Assembly: GCF_009914755.1 (NCBI RefSeq)
Contig: NC_060925.1
Strand: one strand, 5' to 3'
Source of the DNA: the human T2T-CHM13v2.0 reference genome, Homo sapiens
Length of the DNA stretch: 64,000 bases
Shown here: in pieces, positions 41,960-56,950 of the stretch
Numbering within the stretch: position 1 is the stretch's first letter
Layout of the letters: each line of letters opens with the position of its first letter
The notes under the pieces: generated by a model
Seen by the model: only the letters and a program-made list of their open reading frames with translations
The model's database searches: none
What the model was told of the DNA's origin: nothing
Program-made: the position numbers and the translations under genes

Positions 41960-42369
41960 CGTATTAGTCCATTCTAGTACTGCTAAACAAATATCTCAGA
42001 CTGGGCAATTTACAAAGAAAAGAAGTTTAATTGGCTCACAGTTCTACAGGCTGTACAGGAAGCATGATGCTGGCGTCTGCTCAGCTTCTGAGGAAGCCTC
42101 AGGAAATTTACAAACAAGGCCAAAAGTGAAGGGGAGGCGAACACATCTTACATGGCCAAAGCAGGAGGAGGTAGGGAGAAGTGCTATACTTTTAAACAAC
42201 CAGATCTCATGATAACTCACACTTGCCATGACAACAGCAAGGTAGATGGTGTTAAACCATAAGAAACCACCCCCATACTTCAATAACCTCCCTACAGGCC
42301 CCACATCTAACACTGGGAATTATAATTCAACATGAGATTTGGGTGGGGATACAGATCCAAACCATATCA
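41960..42369 (-). mobile_element. MSTA-like solo LTR
   Basis: (c)gtattagtccatt...aaaccatatca, with 5-bp TSD GGTAG at 41955-41959 and 42370-42374. Confidence 0.92.
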
Positions 42370-43379
42370 GGTAGCCTGCGCAGAAGATCCCAAAGCCTAT
42401 ATTTGCCCAAGACCTGCCAAGTTTTACATTTTTACTGACCTCTGGGATTCAAAAAGCAGTGTACTTGCAGAGCTCAGTGTCTTCATTTCATTTAATCTAC
42501 AATAAAAGAAAAAATAATTATTCTACATGCTGAGTCCACAGATGACCAGGAAGAAAAGGGGCAGCTCTTGACTCAGGCTGTCTTGGATGGGGCTGTGGTG
42601 CTCCACAGGAACACCTATGGCACCCGACCCACCTATGCCTCCCACCACAGCTGCATCTTTAGACATGCCACAACTTGACATGGCAAAGCATTGCCTGTGC
42701 AACCTAGAGCAGTAAACATGCTAGGGTAATTAATGTCTTAACAACTTATTACAATTCTCAGATAATTAATCACAAAAGCTAAACATGCTGTCTCACCCTC
42801 CTAATGTGCTAATGCTCTAATTATTATGCCTCAATTAAGGGGAAGTCAATGCTCCTTGCTTAAAAGTGCATGCTTAATAAAGGCTCATGCAGAGCTCCAG
42901 CACACAGTCGTATATGGTAGGGAGGAAGGAGAAGACCTTTTTAATGCAGGCTTATAGGCAGCTTCAGGCAAGAAAGTGACAGCTCCCTTTTCTTGAATTT
43001 TATTATTGGACAAACGCTAAGTTCTGAAAACCTACTGGGGCTTAGGGATGTCTCTAGGAGGAATGGGGTGAGGGGAAGGAAATATGTTCCAGATGAGGAT
43101 GTGTATATGTGCTGGCACATGTGTGTGTATTTTCTGAAAGTGAAAGTTAGACAACAGCCATTCCCTTTAACAGATTCATGGGTGAGTATGGCCCATGGAG
43201 CCTGGCTACCTCCCAGGACCCTCAGGACTCAGTGTGTTTGGCACACTAGGGATACAAAGGCTCCAGCAATGAAGGGCCTCCCTCTAAATTAAATCTTACA
43301 TTTGCCTCCGAATTGTCTTGAATAGTGTTTTTCTTTTCTGAAATATATTTTATATACTTTGAAATATATTTCCCATAGT

Positions 43380-43578
43380 CATCTAGGACACACACAAACA
43401 CACCATAAATACAAAAAAGTAAAACAAAAAGTTTCACAAAATAGGACCAGGATTACTTCATGAAGGCATTTTGATGTTTTGTATTCTATTTTATTCCATT
43501 TGTTAATGCTGATTGCAACCCACTGAATTGATCTCATAACCTATTAAGAAATCTCAATAGAGTTTGAAAAAATACTGG
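43380..43578 (+). mobile_element. hAT-Charlie MITE fragment (Charlie18-like)
   Basis: tttcacaaaata...gcaacccactgaattgatctcataacc...gtttgaaaaaatactg. Confidence 0.5.
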
Positions 43579-44589
43579 TCTACAAGCTGAATAGCCCATA
43601 AAGAGGTTCCACTTTTTGTAAGACTATCCATTGACTCTGAGACTAGGACCTGACTCCCCAGTCCTGAGGATCATTTACCAACTAATCAACAAATACTGAG
43701 TAGTCATATGTCCCTCAACTCCTAGAGCTTTGTCCATCTGCCTCCTTACCTGGCTATTTGGACCTGGTGGTAGATCAAAAGTGACCCATCAGTCTTGAAG
43801 TCTAAGTAGACACACAAACACACATACACACACACACACAAGATTCCAGGATAATAAATAGTAACTTTCTCAAAAACAAAACTAAAAAAAGGTTGGTCCC
43901 CAAAGTTTTCAGGGACTCTTTTAAGGTAAATAGAACCTTTTAACAACCCTTAAAGCATTAAAACTAATAGAAGCTTAAAAATCACTGTAGCCCTTGCTTG
44001 GGGCCTTTTTGTTGTTGTTGTTTTATTTTTATATTTTTCTCTTCATCTACCACTGTTGGAACATTCCCTATGTAACACTGTACAAACACACCAGAGTGAA
44101 TTCTGGTAGGAAGTAGCAGGCTTTCTGTGACTCTCACCCGAGAGACTAGTCTGGCCGCCGTACTTGCACGACCCTAGGTCCACTACCTTTGTATCCAGAT
44201 TCAGGATTCTTCACACGTGCATACTCCCAACCCTATGACAATGACAAGCCTCCTGGGTAATGATACTAGCCCACACAATCCTGTAACAACTAATAATTAG
44301 AATATAAGTTATATTCCTTTTATGCTACACACAGTTTCTTGAACTTTGGGAGATACTGAGAAGTACTGGACACAGTTTTGGCTCATTAACCATTTTCAGA
44401 CTTCTTAGGAAGGCTAGACACAGAAGCATTAAAAAAGAAAACTTGGTTCAGGGCAGTATTTGCTAAGTGGCCCATAAATGATGTTTGCCTAGAAGAGAGA
44501 CAGAGAGATTCCTGGAGGGTTCAAGAAAGTCTTTGTAGAGTAAGAGATGCCAAAGCTGATCCATAAGGGTGGACAGATGTCACACTGTG

Positions 44590-45315
44590 GGTCTATAAAC
44601 CCTGGGGTCATTCCTAACTCTTTATTATTTCATACTTCATCAAAATTCTATGGACTCTACCTTCAAAATATATATGGAATCTGTTATTTCTCCTTACCTC
44701 CATTATGACCATTCTTGTCCAAGTCTCCATCATCTCCCACCTGGATAATTGTAATTGTCTCTTAATTAGTCTCTCAGCTTTTGAGCTTGTCCTGATAGCT
44801 AGGATGGTCCAATTACAACTTAAGTCATGCCACTCCTCTGGCTTCTCATTTCATTCCATACAGTACTCTACAAGGCTCAGATGACCTGGCCCTCCATTAA
44901 TTCTCTCACCTGATCTACTACTACTTCCCTCTAACCCCTATCCACTCTGTTTAAACCTTATTCTGCCTCTTAATAGCCTCCAAACATACCAGGCACACTC
45001 TTGGAGTCCCCTCAGATATCTGCATCACTCACCCTCACCCCCTCAGGATACTTATTCAAATGGCATCTTCTCAGTGAGGCTCTGACCACCCTATTTAAAA
45101 TTGCAAATCTACCTCCCCCAACCAAGATTCTCTAATATCCCCTCTGTGTCATCTTTATAACTCTTAACACCAACTGATGCCAAAGATATGTTACTTGTTT
45201 ATAGTCATTCTTTCTTCAGTTAACACAAGCTGCATACAAGGAGGGATTCTTGTCCCTTTATTTTATTTTTGCACAGTACCTAGAACAGCAGCTGGCACAC
45301 GGTAGGTTCTCATTA
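44590..45315 (+). mobile_element. L2a-like fragment
   Basis: ctctaccttcaaaatata, ccatcatctcccacctggataatt, ctagaacagcagctggcacacggtagg. Confidence 0.75.
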
Positions 45316-45988
45316 ATTGGGGTGGCTGGGAAATGACACTGGGGCAGGAGAATGGTATAAACAAAACCACAAAAGTAAGACAACACCAGGTGTGATGGAG
45401 AAGGTGCAGCGAGGAGGCTCACCTGCCAGGAGTGGGAGTTTTGCCTTGGAGGAAAATGGAAATTGAGGTGGAAAAGTTGAGGGTAAAGCTGCTTTGTCTT
45501 CCATGCTCTGGAGATGCTCCTCTCATCCAGCACTTTCTACTGCAGCCATGGGGAGCTGACATTCTTCTCTTACTGTCTTTTAAAAACATTAGCCTCTTTT
45601 TAGAAGGAACTGTTTTCATCTGTCTGAAGTAATGGATGGATTTTATTATGATTTGGAGCATCCTGTGAACACAAATAAAAATAAAGGCTGCCCTAAGCAA
45701 CAATTTAGCCACTTCTTTCTTGGCAGGAAATTCAAAGATGGCTTTAATTCTCACAAGCAGTTGATCATAAAGTGGACACAACCCTTTCACATAAGTTTCT
45801 TCTTGAAATTCAGCATGCTCTAAAGAGAGCTACTTTGGGAAACAGAAATGTCTTTGGTCTTTGATACAAAGTATGTGGGATGGTTAGAAACAAAGGCTAT
45901 GGGAAGCTGAGGGAAAGTTTTCAATCACAGACTTTCAAGCATTGGGTGGTTCCTCCTTAAGGTTAGAGTGAAGATGCCTCCTAAACCC

Positions 45989-46377
45989 TGTCATTTCCCT
46001 GAACAGATTCACCCAAGCTGCAAGAGAAAAGCAGGATTTAGAAGACCAAGTAAGTATGTATACATGTGCTTGTGTGTATTTACTAACAGCCAATAAAAAT
46101 ACATCAACAATTAGTTATGTAAATCAGGAGCTCTAGACTGACAAGGAAACTGCTGCTTTCAGGATCTCATGAAAGCAAACTCTCTTCCTAAGTATCTGGC
46201 TTCAAGCTCTTTGATTGGCAGAGAAGAAAGCAAAGTGGTAGGTTCAAGAGGGTGAGAGACGACATAGAAGCTAATCTTTGCTTGCATTCTTGATCTCTCA
46301 TGTACTAAATACATGCCTTAGGACAATTCAGAAGAAATCTCTGAGCCTCAGTTTCCCTTAGAAGTATAAAGAGAGTA
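45989..46377 (+). repeat. Donor copy (A) of a local duplication; its last ~80 bp belong to a MIR that continues to ~46448
   Basis: About 90% identical by eye to 47317-47705. Confidence 0.92.
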
Positions 46378-46449
46378 AAATCTTCTATCTCATAAAACTA
46401 CTATGAGGTTCACAGGATGCAATGTTCATGGAAGTGCTTTGCAACATGC

Positions 46450-46949
46450 TGTGTCAGTTAGCTATTGCTGAAAAAAATATGGCTGCATAACAAACCACCT
46501 TCAAAACTCTACAGCTTAAGACAATAGCCTATATTCACTGATCTATGGGTTGGGTTGATCCAGGCTGAGCCTGACTGGATTTGGCAGGCAGCTCACATGA
46601 TCTCAGCTGGATTCATTCACATGTCTGATGGTCAGAATGGGATCAACTGACCTAGGTAGGGCTCAATAGGACAAATCAGCTCTAGTCCACATGTCACTCA
46701 TCCTCCTTCTGGAATCAGTAGGCTAGCCCAGAGATCTTTGTCCACTGATAAATGAAAAGTATAAGAGAGCAAACTCAGTCACTCAAGAGCTTCTCAGTCC
46801 TTTGCTCACATCATGCCATGCTAGCATCCCACTGGCCAAAATAAGTCACACTGGGGAATCTGCAGTGAATGAAACTGAAATGTTCTATGGTAAAGGACAT
46901 GGATGTAGGAAGGCGTTAAGAGTTAGAGTTGTTAATGCAATCTACCATA
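46450..46949 (-). mobile_element. MLT1G/H-like MaLR LTR
   Basis: tgtgtcagttagctattgctg...gcataacaaaccacc...ccactggccaaaataagtcaca...gcaatctaccata. Confidence 0.7.
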
Positions 46950-47284
46950 AGTACTTTAAAAATGCAAGACATATTGCCAATGCTCTCCAGAGAGTTGTAG
47001 AATAAGAAGAAATATTTTTGGCTTATCAATGCTGGATTCCTCCAGACTACAGTGGATCATTCTCTTCTGTCATCAGCCCCCACCCTCCAATCAGTCACAT
47101 CCAGGAAACTTATTCACTATCAGCCTCAAAGAAGGCAGGATACCCAGGATACTATACCGGTGGAGAGCACAGGTTTGTGGTCAGATGGATCGGCATTTGA
47201 GACCCTACTCTATTACTGACTTACGATATAATCTTGGATGAGGTATTCAACTGCTTTAAATCTTAGTTTTCTTATCTCCCTTGG

Positions 47285-48755
47285 TGAGCCAGGCTCATGG
47301 CTTTAAACACTATCCATGTCAATACCCTGGACAGATTCACCTAAGCTGTAAGAGAAAAAGCAGGATTTAGAAAATCCAGTAAATGTGTGTGTACACGTGC
47401 TTGTGTATATTTATCAGCAGCCAATAAAATACACCAACAATTAGTTATGTAAATCAGGAGTGCTAGATTGACAAGGAAACTGCTACTTTCAGGATCTCAT
47501 GAAAGCAAACTGTCTTCCTTAATGTATGGCTTCAAGCTCTTTGATTGGCAGAGAAGAAAGCAAAGTGGTAGATTCAAGAGGGTGAGAGATGACATAGAAG
47601 CTAATCTTTGCTTGCATTCTTGATCTCCCATGTACTAAACACATGCCTTAGGGCAACTTGGGAGAACTCTCTGCCTCAGTTTCCCTTAGAAGTATAAAAA
47701 GAGTATGTGTGTATATATGTGCTTGTGTGTATTTACCAACAGCCAAAAAGTACATCAACAATTATTTACGTAAATCAGGACCTCTAGATTGACAAGGAAC
47801 TATCCATATGTTGGGGATGCTAAAATTTATATTTCTAATGAGAACCTGTTCCTGAACTTCGTATTTGCACATTCCCCACTCCATGTCTACACCTGGATAA
47901 CTCACCAGTATCTAAAAGTGAATATATCTAGAATGGAGCTCCTAATCATTTCCCTTAAATCTGCTCGTCTATCCTATTACTGATCTTGCTAACTGGCACC
48001 TCCATTCTTCCAATGGATTAGACTTACAGCCTTATTATCATCCTTGTCTTATACCCTATATCCAATCTGCCAGGAAATCCTTTTGATTCTACCTTTAAAA
48101 TATACCCTAAACCCAGCCTCTGTTCACCAATCCACTGCTAGGACCCCAGACTAAGCCACAATCATCTCTTATGCAGATAATTTCATTCATTTCCTGACTC
48201 TCTGCACAGCCTGCCATAGTCAAGTCACTAGCCAGAGTGAGTCAGATCATGTCTCCTTTCTGCTCAAACCCTCCAACTTCTTCCCATCTCACCCACTGTA
48301 AAAGCCAGCTTCTTTACGGTGGCATCCAAGGCCTTTATGATGTTGCCTCCCTGAACTGTGCTTTCTACTCTTTCCACTATAGCCATATGATGGCCTCCTT
48401 GCTGTTCTCCAGAGCTTTGCATTTTCAACTTTCTCTGTAGTGCTCTTTCCTCAAATACTCTGACGGCCCATTCCTTTACCTCCTCTAGGTCTTTACTCAA
48501 AGTTCACCTTCTCTCTGAGGCTTTCCAACCACCCTGTCCTCCTTCTCTGCCATATGTTTTCTCTTATACCTAATCATCTAACATGCTGTCTATTTTACAT
48601 ATTTATTTTGCTTATTAGCTTTCTCAGCTGCCAAGTTATAAAATCCAGATAAGTGGAATGTTGTCCATAATATACATTTTTGTATTCTCCAGGCCTAGAA
48701 TGTTGCCAGGCACATAGTAGCTGCTCAATGCATATTTGCTGAATGAATAAATGAA
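47285..48755 (+). mobile_element. L2a-like element inserted in a MIR (MIR halves ~47170-47280 and ~48765-48850), itself interrupted at 47318-47798
   Basis: catggctttaaacactatccat...atgttggggatgctaaaatttatatttc, and 3' end ggcacatagtagctgctcaatgcatatttgctgaatgaataaatgaa. Confidence 0.75.
47317..47800 (+). repeat. Inserted duplicate: copy B (47317-47705, matching 45989-46377) plus partial copy C (47702-47800, matching 46053-46151)
   Basis: Direct comparison; flanked by the 9-bp direct repeat actatccat (47309-47317 / 47799-47807). Confidence 0.92.
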
Positions 48756-48986
48756 GGGAACAGAAATATTGTACAGATTAAATGAGATAATACATGCAAA
48801 AATTTAGCATAGTGTCTGATGCATAGTAAGTGTTCAAAAAATGATAGCTCAAAATACACAGCAAGTAAAATCTAAAGCCCTGGTATTCTGAGTCTTAGCT
48901 CTGACTCTATACACTATGATTTTATTAATTTTCTCTGATACAACTTTTCACTAGGGCTCAAATTAGCTTTCTCTCCCCAGTACCTA

Positions 48987-49362
48987 TGTATTAGTTCATT
49001 TTCACACGGCTATAAATAACTACCTGAAACTGGGTAACTTATAAAGGAAAGAGGTTTATCAACTCACAGTACAACATGGCTGGGGAGGCCTCAGGAAACT
49101 TACGATTATGGCAGAAGGTGAAGGGGAAGCAAGGCACCATCTTCAAAGGTGGAAGCAAGGGGAATGAACACAGAAGGAACTACCAAACACTTATGAAACC
49201 ATCAGATCTCATGAGAACTCACTCACTATCAAGAGAACAGCATGGGGAAACCACCCCCATGAGCCAATTACCTCCACGTGGTCTCTCCCTTGACACTTGG
49301 GGATCATGGGGATTATAACTCAAGATGAGATTTGGATGGGGGCAGAAAGCCTAGCCATATCA
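48987..49362 (-). mobile_element. THE1 (THE1C/D-like) solo LTR
   Basis: tgtattagttcattttcacac...gccatatca, with TSD acct(a/g). Confidence 0.88.
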
Positions 49363-51058
49363 ACCTGGCACACAAAAGATACTGTGTTTTTATTCAAAGT
49401 GACAGTAAATAAATCTGAATTTGCAGATGACTGGTCAAGTTGTTCCCTCTGGTGTTGATCAGGGTCTAAAGGAAGTTGCTGCTCTGGAGAGTATGTGAGT
49501 TCGTGAGATTACACTGGGCTGACACCAGGTCAGCTACAGCATTTAAAACCTAGTGAGTACCATGGACATTGGACTGCTAGTTTGGTATACTAACAGTCTG
49601 CCCTACAAGTTCTCTCTCTCCAGTCTTTAGGTTTCCTCACAAACTCTATTTCCTATGAGAGTGAAGATCTATTTATATTTCCTGCCATCCCAAGAATAAT
49701 AATAAAACCACCACAGAAAAAATTGTCTATAGAGAACATTTTTTTCTTAAACTCACAAAGTAGGCAAGCGTGATTCATTCTCCCAATAAGAGAGAGGCAA
49801 ATGGATGTTTCTGGAGTTGTTTAGATTCCAGCTTAATTCTCTGCCACTTCACTTACCAGAAAAAAAGAAGGATGGTGCATCTATGAATGACATCTCTCCT
49901 CTCAATGATGCAGAAAAGAGCCAACAGAGATGACCCCAATACTATATCCCCAAATCTGAATTCTTATAAACCCAACTGTTTGGGGCATGCTTTCATTTCT
50001 TACACAGCCTCTACCCCTAACTTGTCTGGGCCATGGCATACATTCAACATGATATGCATTTATGGACCATCTATTATGTGCTTTGCACTGGGCCTCAGGG
50101 TACAGAGTCCAGACATGATCATAATGGAAGCTCAATAAATAATAAACATGAAACGAACCAATAAATGTTTCAAGGTGATATATGATTAAACATCCAGTAA
50201 TGTCCTGTGGACAATATGTGCTGTTACAGTTTATTAGCTATAGACTCTATAGAAAAAATCACCAAGGAAGGCTTCATGGAAGAGGTAGTACTTGAGTTAG
50301 AGGCTTAAGAAAGAAAGTAGTTAAATAGATAAGGAGTTTAAGAAAGAGAATCAGCATAAACACATAGTTAGAAGTGAGCAAGGCTTATGAGTTTAGGGCC
50401 CAAATTTTCCATGCACTTTATACAAAAATGTATCATTGATAAAAGGCCAAACAGAAAATCTAGGTACTACACTAGTAATAGCTCAAATGTACATGTTATT
50501 GGTAGTAAAAAAAAAAAAAAAAGTTATAAAAGATAGTTGGGCCAACATACTTTTTCAAAAGGTACAAAACAAAACTATTTTTTTTCCAAGTTGAAGGATC
50601 TTCCTGGGTTTTCTAATCACTATTTTCTGATATTTTATTCCTAGTCATGACTGATGGTACCTGGTCACTACAGGTTCATTCTCAACAAGGGAGCCAACAG
50701 CTTTCCTTCCTTTACCTGCCATCATAACCCCAGATCACAGAGATTATTTTTTTCCCTAATCTCTGAGGATCATATGGACTTCTTGCTTCATCTACTAAAG
50801 CCCAAAGCAGATTTACATTACTGCTCTTCCTGGAGGTCCCTGCAGCCAAACAACTACTCATCACATGTTCCCCATCCTCAAGGCCAATAACTTCTACTTC
50901 TTCCTCTACCACTGCTTGTCCCGAGCAGGGGCAGAAAGAGGCTTAAGGCTCAGCCCCCTTAAGCTTCACCATTTATGACAGACTAGAACATGCTTGATCT
51001 TTTCCAAGGGCTGAGAAATTTACAAACAAGGTCCTGGACATGCTATGATATAAAAATT

Positions 51059-51636
51059 TGGAGGATTTCTCAAAGAACTAAAAATAGAATTACCATTCGA
51101 CCTAGAAATCCCACTACTAGGTATATACCCAAAGGAAGATAAAGCATTCTATCAAAAAGACACCTAAACTCACACGTTAATTACAGCACTATTCACAATA
51201 GCAAAGGCTTGGAATCAACCTAAATGCCCATCGGTTATGGATGGGATCAAGAAAATGTGGTATATACACACCATGAAATACTACACAGCCATAAAAAGAA
51301 TGAAATTATGTCCTTTGCAACAACATGGATACAGCTGGGGGCCATTATCCTAAACAAATTAAACCAGAAACAGAAAGCCAAATACTGCGTTTTCTCACTT
51401 ATAAGTGGGAGCTTAAAATTGGGTACACATGGACATAAAGATGGAAACAATAGACACCAGGTATTCCAAAAGAGAGGACGGGGGAAGGGGGACAAGGACT
51501 GAAAAACTACTTATCAGGTACTATGTTCACTATTTGGGTGATGGGTTTGATAAAAGCTCAAGCCCAGCATCACACAAAATATTCATGTAACAAACCTACA
51601 CATGTACCCCTTGAATCTAAATTTTTTTAAAAAAAT
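51059..51636 (+). mobile_element. 5'-truncated L1PB/L1PA17-like 3' end
   Basis: ORF2 C-terminus (KKNEIMSFATTWIQLGAIILNKL) and 3'UTR ending catgtaccccttgaatctaaa. Confidence 0.85.
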
Positions 51637-51710
51637 AGGTAACCATCAAAGATGAAAAAAGAATTATTTTAACAATCAATTTTCTTAGGACAAGTCTTTC
51701 ACCTGTTACG

Positions 51711-52100
51711 TGTGGCAGAGAAATATCACTTTTATTTTCCTGAGGACAGAGGAAAGCTAAATTTTTCAGCCTCTCTTGCAATTAGGTCAGAGGCCATGCA
51801 ACTAAGTTTTGACCAATGAAAGGTAGATGGAAGAGACATGAGCCCCTTCTAGTCCTGGCCCTTAAAAGCATCATGCCAGTATCTTCCAGCCCTTTCTTCT
51901 CTTTCCTTTGAAACCACGCATCTCAACTGGCATAACTACAAGATGGAAGAATGTCAGATCCCTGAGTCACCTCCTAAAGGACAGCCACCTAGTCCATGTT
52001 AGACTATGACATGGGCAATGAATAAAACTTTGTCATGTAAAGCCACAAATAATTCAGGGTTTGTTTGTTAATTTAGCATAGTATAATCTAACCTCATCAG
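51711..52100 (+). mobile_element. MLT1H/I-like MaLR LTR
   Basis: cagcctctcttgcaattagg...ccaatgaa...cctgagtcacc...aataaaactttgtcatgtaaagccac. Confidence 0.65.
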
Positions 52101-52159
52101 AGTGTATCCTCTACACTCTGGGGAAAGAATGGCAAATTGTAGGCAGATTATTGTTTTCA

Positions 52160-52305
52160 TTAATAATAATTGTTATTAAGCAGGTTCTCTATGCCAGGCA
52201 CTGTGCTTGACACTAAGCATAATAATATAGATCCTCAGCAAGGATATTTTGATATCCTTGGTATTTTACATCCATTTTACAAATGGGAGAGGCAAGACTC
52301 AGAGG
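52160..52305 (-). mobile_element. MIR fragment
   Basis: tatgccaggcactgtgct...ccattttacaaatggga...actcagagg. Confidence 0.65.
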
Positions 52306-52307
52306 TT

Positions 52308-52343
<36 letters not shown>
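52308..52343 (+). repeat. (TTG)12
   Basis: Read directly from the sequence. Confidence 0.95.
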
Positions 52344-52348
<5 letters not shown>

Positions 52349-53569
52349 TTAAAATAAAAAAGCTTTTCCAAAGTCAAGCAATTCGTGATAATTTTTCCAA
52401 TGCCAGAGTTTGTTATTTCAATGACTTTATATCTTTTTTCTCACAGTTAAATATCCCCTCTTCCCATTTTTGGCAAGAAGAGATGACCCCAATTACATTC
52501 ATTTTTCTTCATTAAAAGCCTGCTATTATTTCTACCAAATTCAGAGTTTTCTGCATACTGCCTCATTACTTGTTCTACAGAGTCATTGAACACAATAGAG
52601 ATTCCAGCACATTTTGTACTGTTAATCATTATGGAAGCCTAGTGGGTATCATCCATCACTCTTAGACCTTGTTCTGAATGTGAGAGCCTGTCTACAAATT
52701 TATCTGTTATCCAATTGAAATGAAGGTGCCATAGGAAAAGTCACCCAGGTGTTTTGGTCCATGTCATCACAGTCACTAAAAATGCTAATTATACCCAAAC
52801 CAATCTAGATAAAATAAATCCAGTCCACAATATGTATCAAGCACTCTCTATGTACAGGACACTGTACAAGCAAAAGGGTTTGATAGTTTACATTTGAGCT
52901 CTGGGTCCTCATGAGCCCCATCAAATAGCTAAAAATGTGAAATAGCTAAAATGGTTATAATTATCCCCACTTGCCTATGGTAAAATTGAGGCACAATGAC
53001 TTGGCCAAGCTCTCATAGTGGTAGAATTGAGAATGGAGCTATATTCCCCAAATCCTCATGCTGAGCAATCTGTACATTTCTTACAAAAGAGCACTTGGTA
53101 TTGGATATAATTGATAGCATCCTATCCCATCCAAATCATGCAGATCAGTAGCAGCAATTCTTTATGAGAAACTAGTACATGTAGGACAAGTTTTTAATAT
53201 GTTTCAACGTTCTATCTACCTCACCTTCTCCTTTCTCACTTATAAGTCCACTGAATCACATAGAGCTGATCCACTCTGCCTCTTCTCCTGACCTTTTTTC
53301 CACCAGTGAACACATTATTCACATTGAAACTTTGCCATTTTATGTGCTCCCATAAGCTATGTATATAAAAACTACAATATATTGTGTCTCCATTTAAAGT
53401 AGAGTATTCTAGACTCATTTTTAGGAAGTAAGCTTCAATTTTCTATAATTAATTACTTCTGGTGATATTTCCATAGTGAGCCCCTTGAGGACCGTGAAAA
53501 AAAGGTCCAGGCCAGTTATGAACAAGGTAAACGGAGAGGTCATTTGCCAGATAACTTATTTGGAAACTG

Positions 53570-54020
53570 TAATTGGTGTTTCCAACAGAATCCCAATGGG
53601 AAATGTAATTCACCCAAATGGCTCAAGTGAAGAGACCTAGATGGAATTACCTACCAAGGGATGGGCGAGGAAGCTGAGGCACTAAGAAACTGGCAACTGA
53701 TGAAAGCCACTACACTTCCAAGGCAGAAAGGCAAAGGACAAGTGCAGGAATTAGTGTTATCAGAACCCAGTGAAGGCTATAATCAACATCAGGTGTGGTG
53801 GCTGCCAGAAACACCACACCAAAGCAGGGTGAGAGCAAGAAAGAAATGCCATAATCTTTCTCTTCTCCCAACCTCTGATTTCTTGCTGGTGCCTCCCACT
53901 GGCCAAACCCAATCGGGGGCCAGTAGGCAAAGGAATCCAGGTGATGCAGTCCACACTGGACAGCCTCCCAAGTACAGAGCAAGGCAGGAGAGCAAAGAAT
54001 GGATCTGAGGCCAGAGTAGA
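53570..54020 (-). mobile_element. Ancient LTR (LTR78-like)
   Basis: ctctgatttcttgctggtgcctcccactggccaaacccaatcgg...ggcaaaggaatccaggtgatgcagtcc. Confidence 0.5.
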
Positions 54021-54949
54021 TGTCCATGGAGGTTGGTATAAACAGGGAATAACCAGGACATCTAGTTATTCACATGCCATTCTATCTGCAAGAGTGGGAG
54101 ATGCTTATTATAATAGTGAAACCCCTTTTCAACATTCCACCATCTGACACACACATAAAATACTGGTGTAAAAATGGCTCTGGCCTGAATACACATCAAT
54201 GTTTTTTAATGTGTTAGTAAATACAGTCGTTAGCTGTTCCAAGAGAGAATTGTGCATCATCAACTGACATAAAAGGGAGTGTAATGTCATCTTCAATTGC
54301 TGTTAGAAGAAATAGGATGAAATTATGAGCAATTAGGAAAAGAAATATTGTGTCTCTATGGCAGCTCAGGTTTTACTGAAAATCCTGTTGGACTGGTTAT
54401 GTGAGCTGAAGCAGCCACATAAACGTTTGAGGCCCACGCCCAGGCAAAGGAAAGAGTTATGACCTGAGAGTATGTTTCCATGGTAAAGCTTCAGGGAATT
54501 TAATGCCCTGAGGTAGCTTGAAGCACTTCAATGGCACAAGGTCAATGAAGAAACCTGTTCCAAACATGAGGAGTGTTTACAAGCCTTCTGTAAATGTGAT
54601 TTAGAAAACTCTTATCTAGAAGATGCCAATATTTAAGATAACAAATGACTGCTGAGAAAAAGCAAGAGCAGGCCCCTCAAGGGACTCTTGTGCTAAGAAA
54701 ATACAGATCTGAATCTAAGGGAAGGGGAATTTGGGCTGTGGCTTAGTTCTAAACAAACAGTATCTGTCTTCAGAAGAGGATTTTCAATTTTGGGTTGGCC
54801 ATATATGGTAACTCTGTAATACCAATCAATTAACTTTCTCCTTGAAAAAGGGTCACAGCCCTTCTAATACCCATTTGTTCTGAAATTGGGGAAGGCCTGG
54901 TATTGACCTCTGAAATATTGTTGAAACAGAGCTTGAGCTCTTTGAACTA

Positions 54950-56950
<2,001 letters not shown>

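Noticed and set aside
45989-47800. Repeated block interpreted as an LTR pair or CRISPR-like array
   Set aside because: There are no TG..CA termini or flanking TSD, the unit contains half a MIR, there is no repeat-spacer periodicity, and the DNA is eukaryotic.
49255-49275. DUX4 site in the THE1 LTR
   Set aside because: It reads tgagccaatta rather than TGATTCAATTA, so the motif is degenerate.
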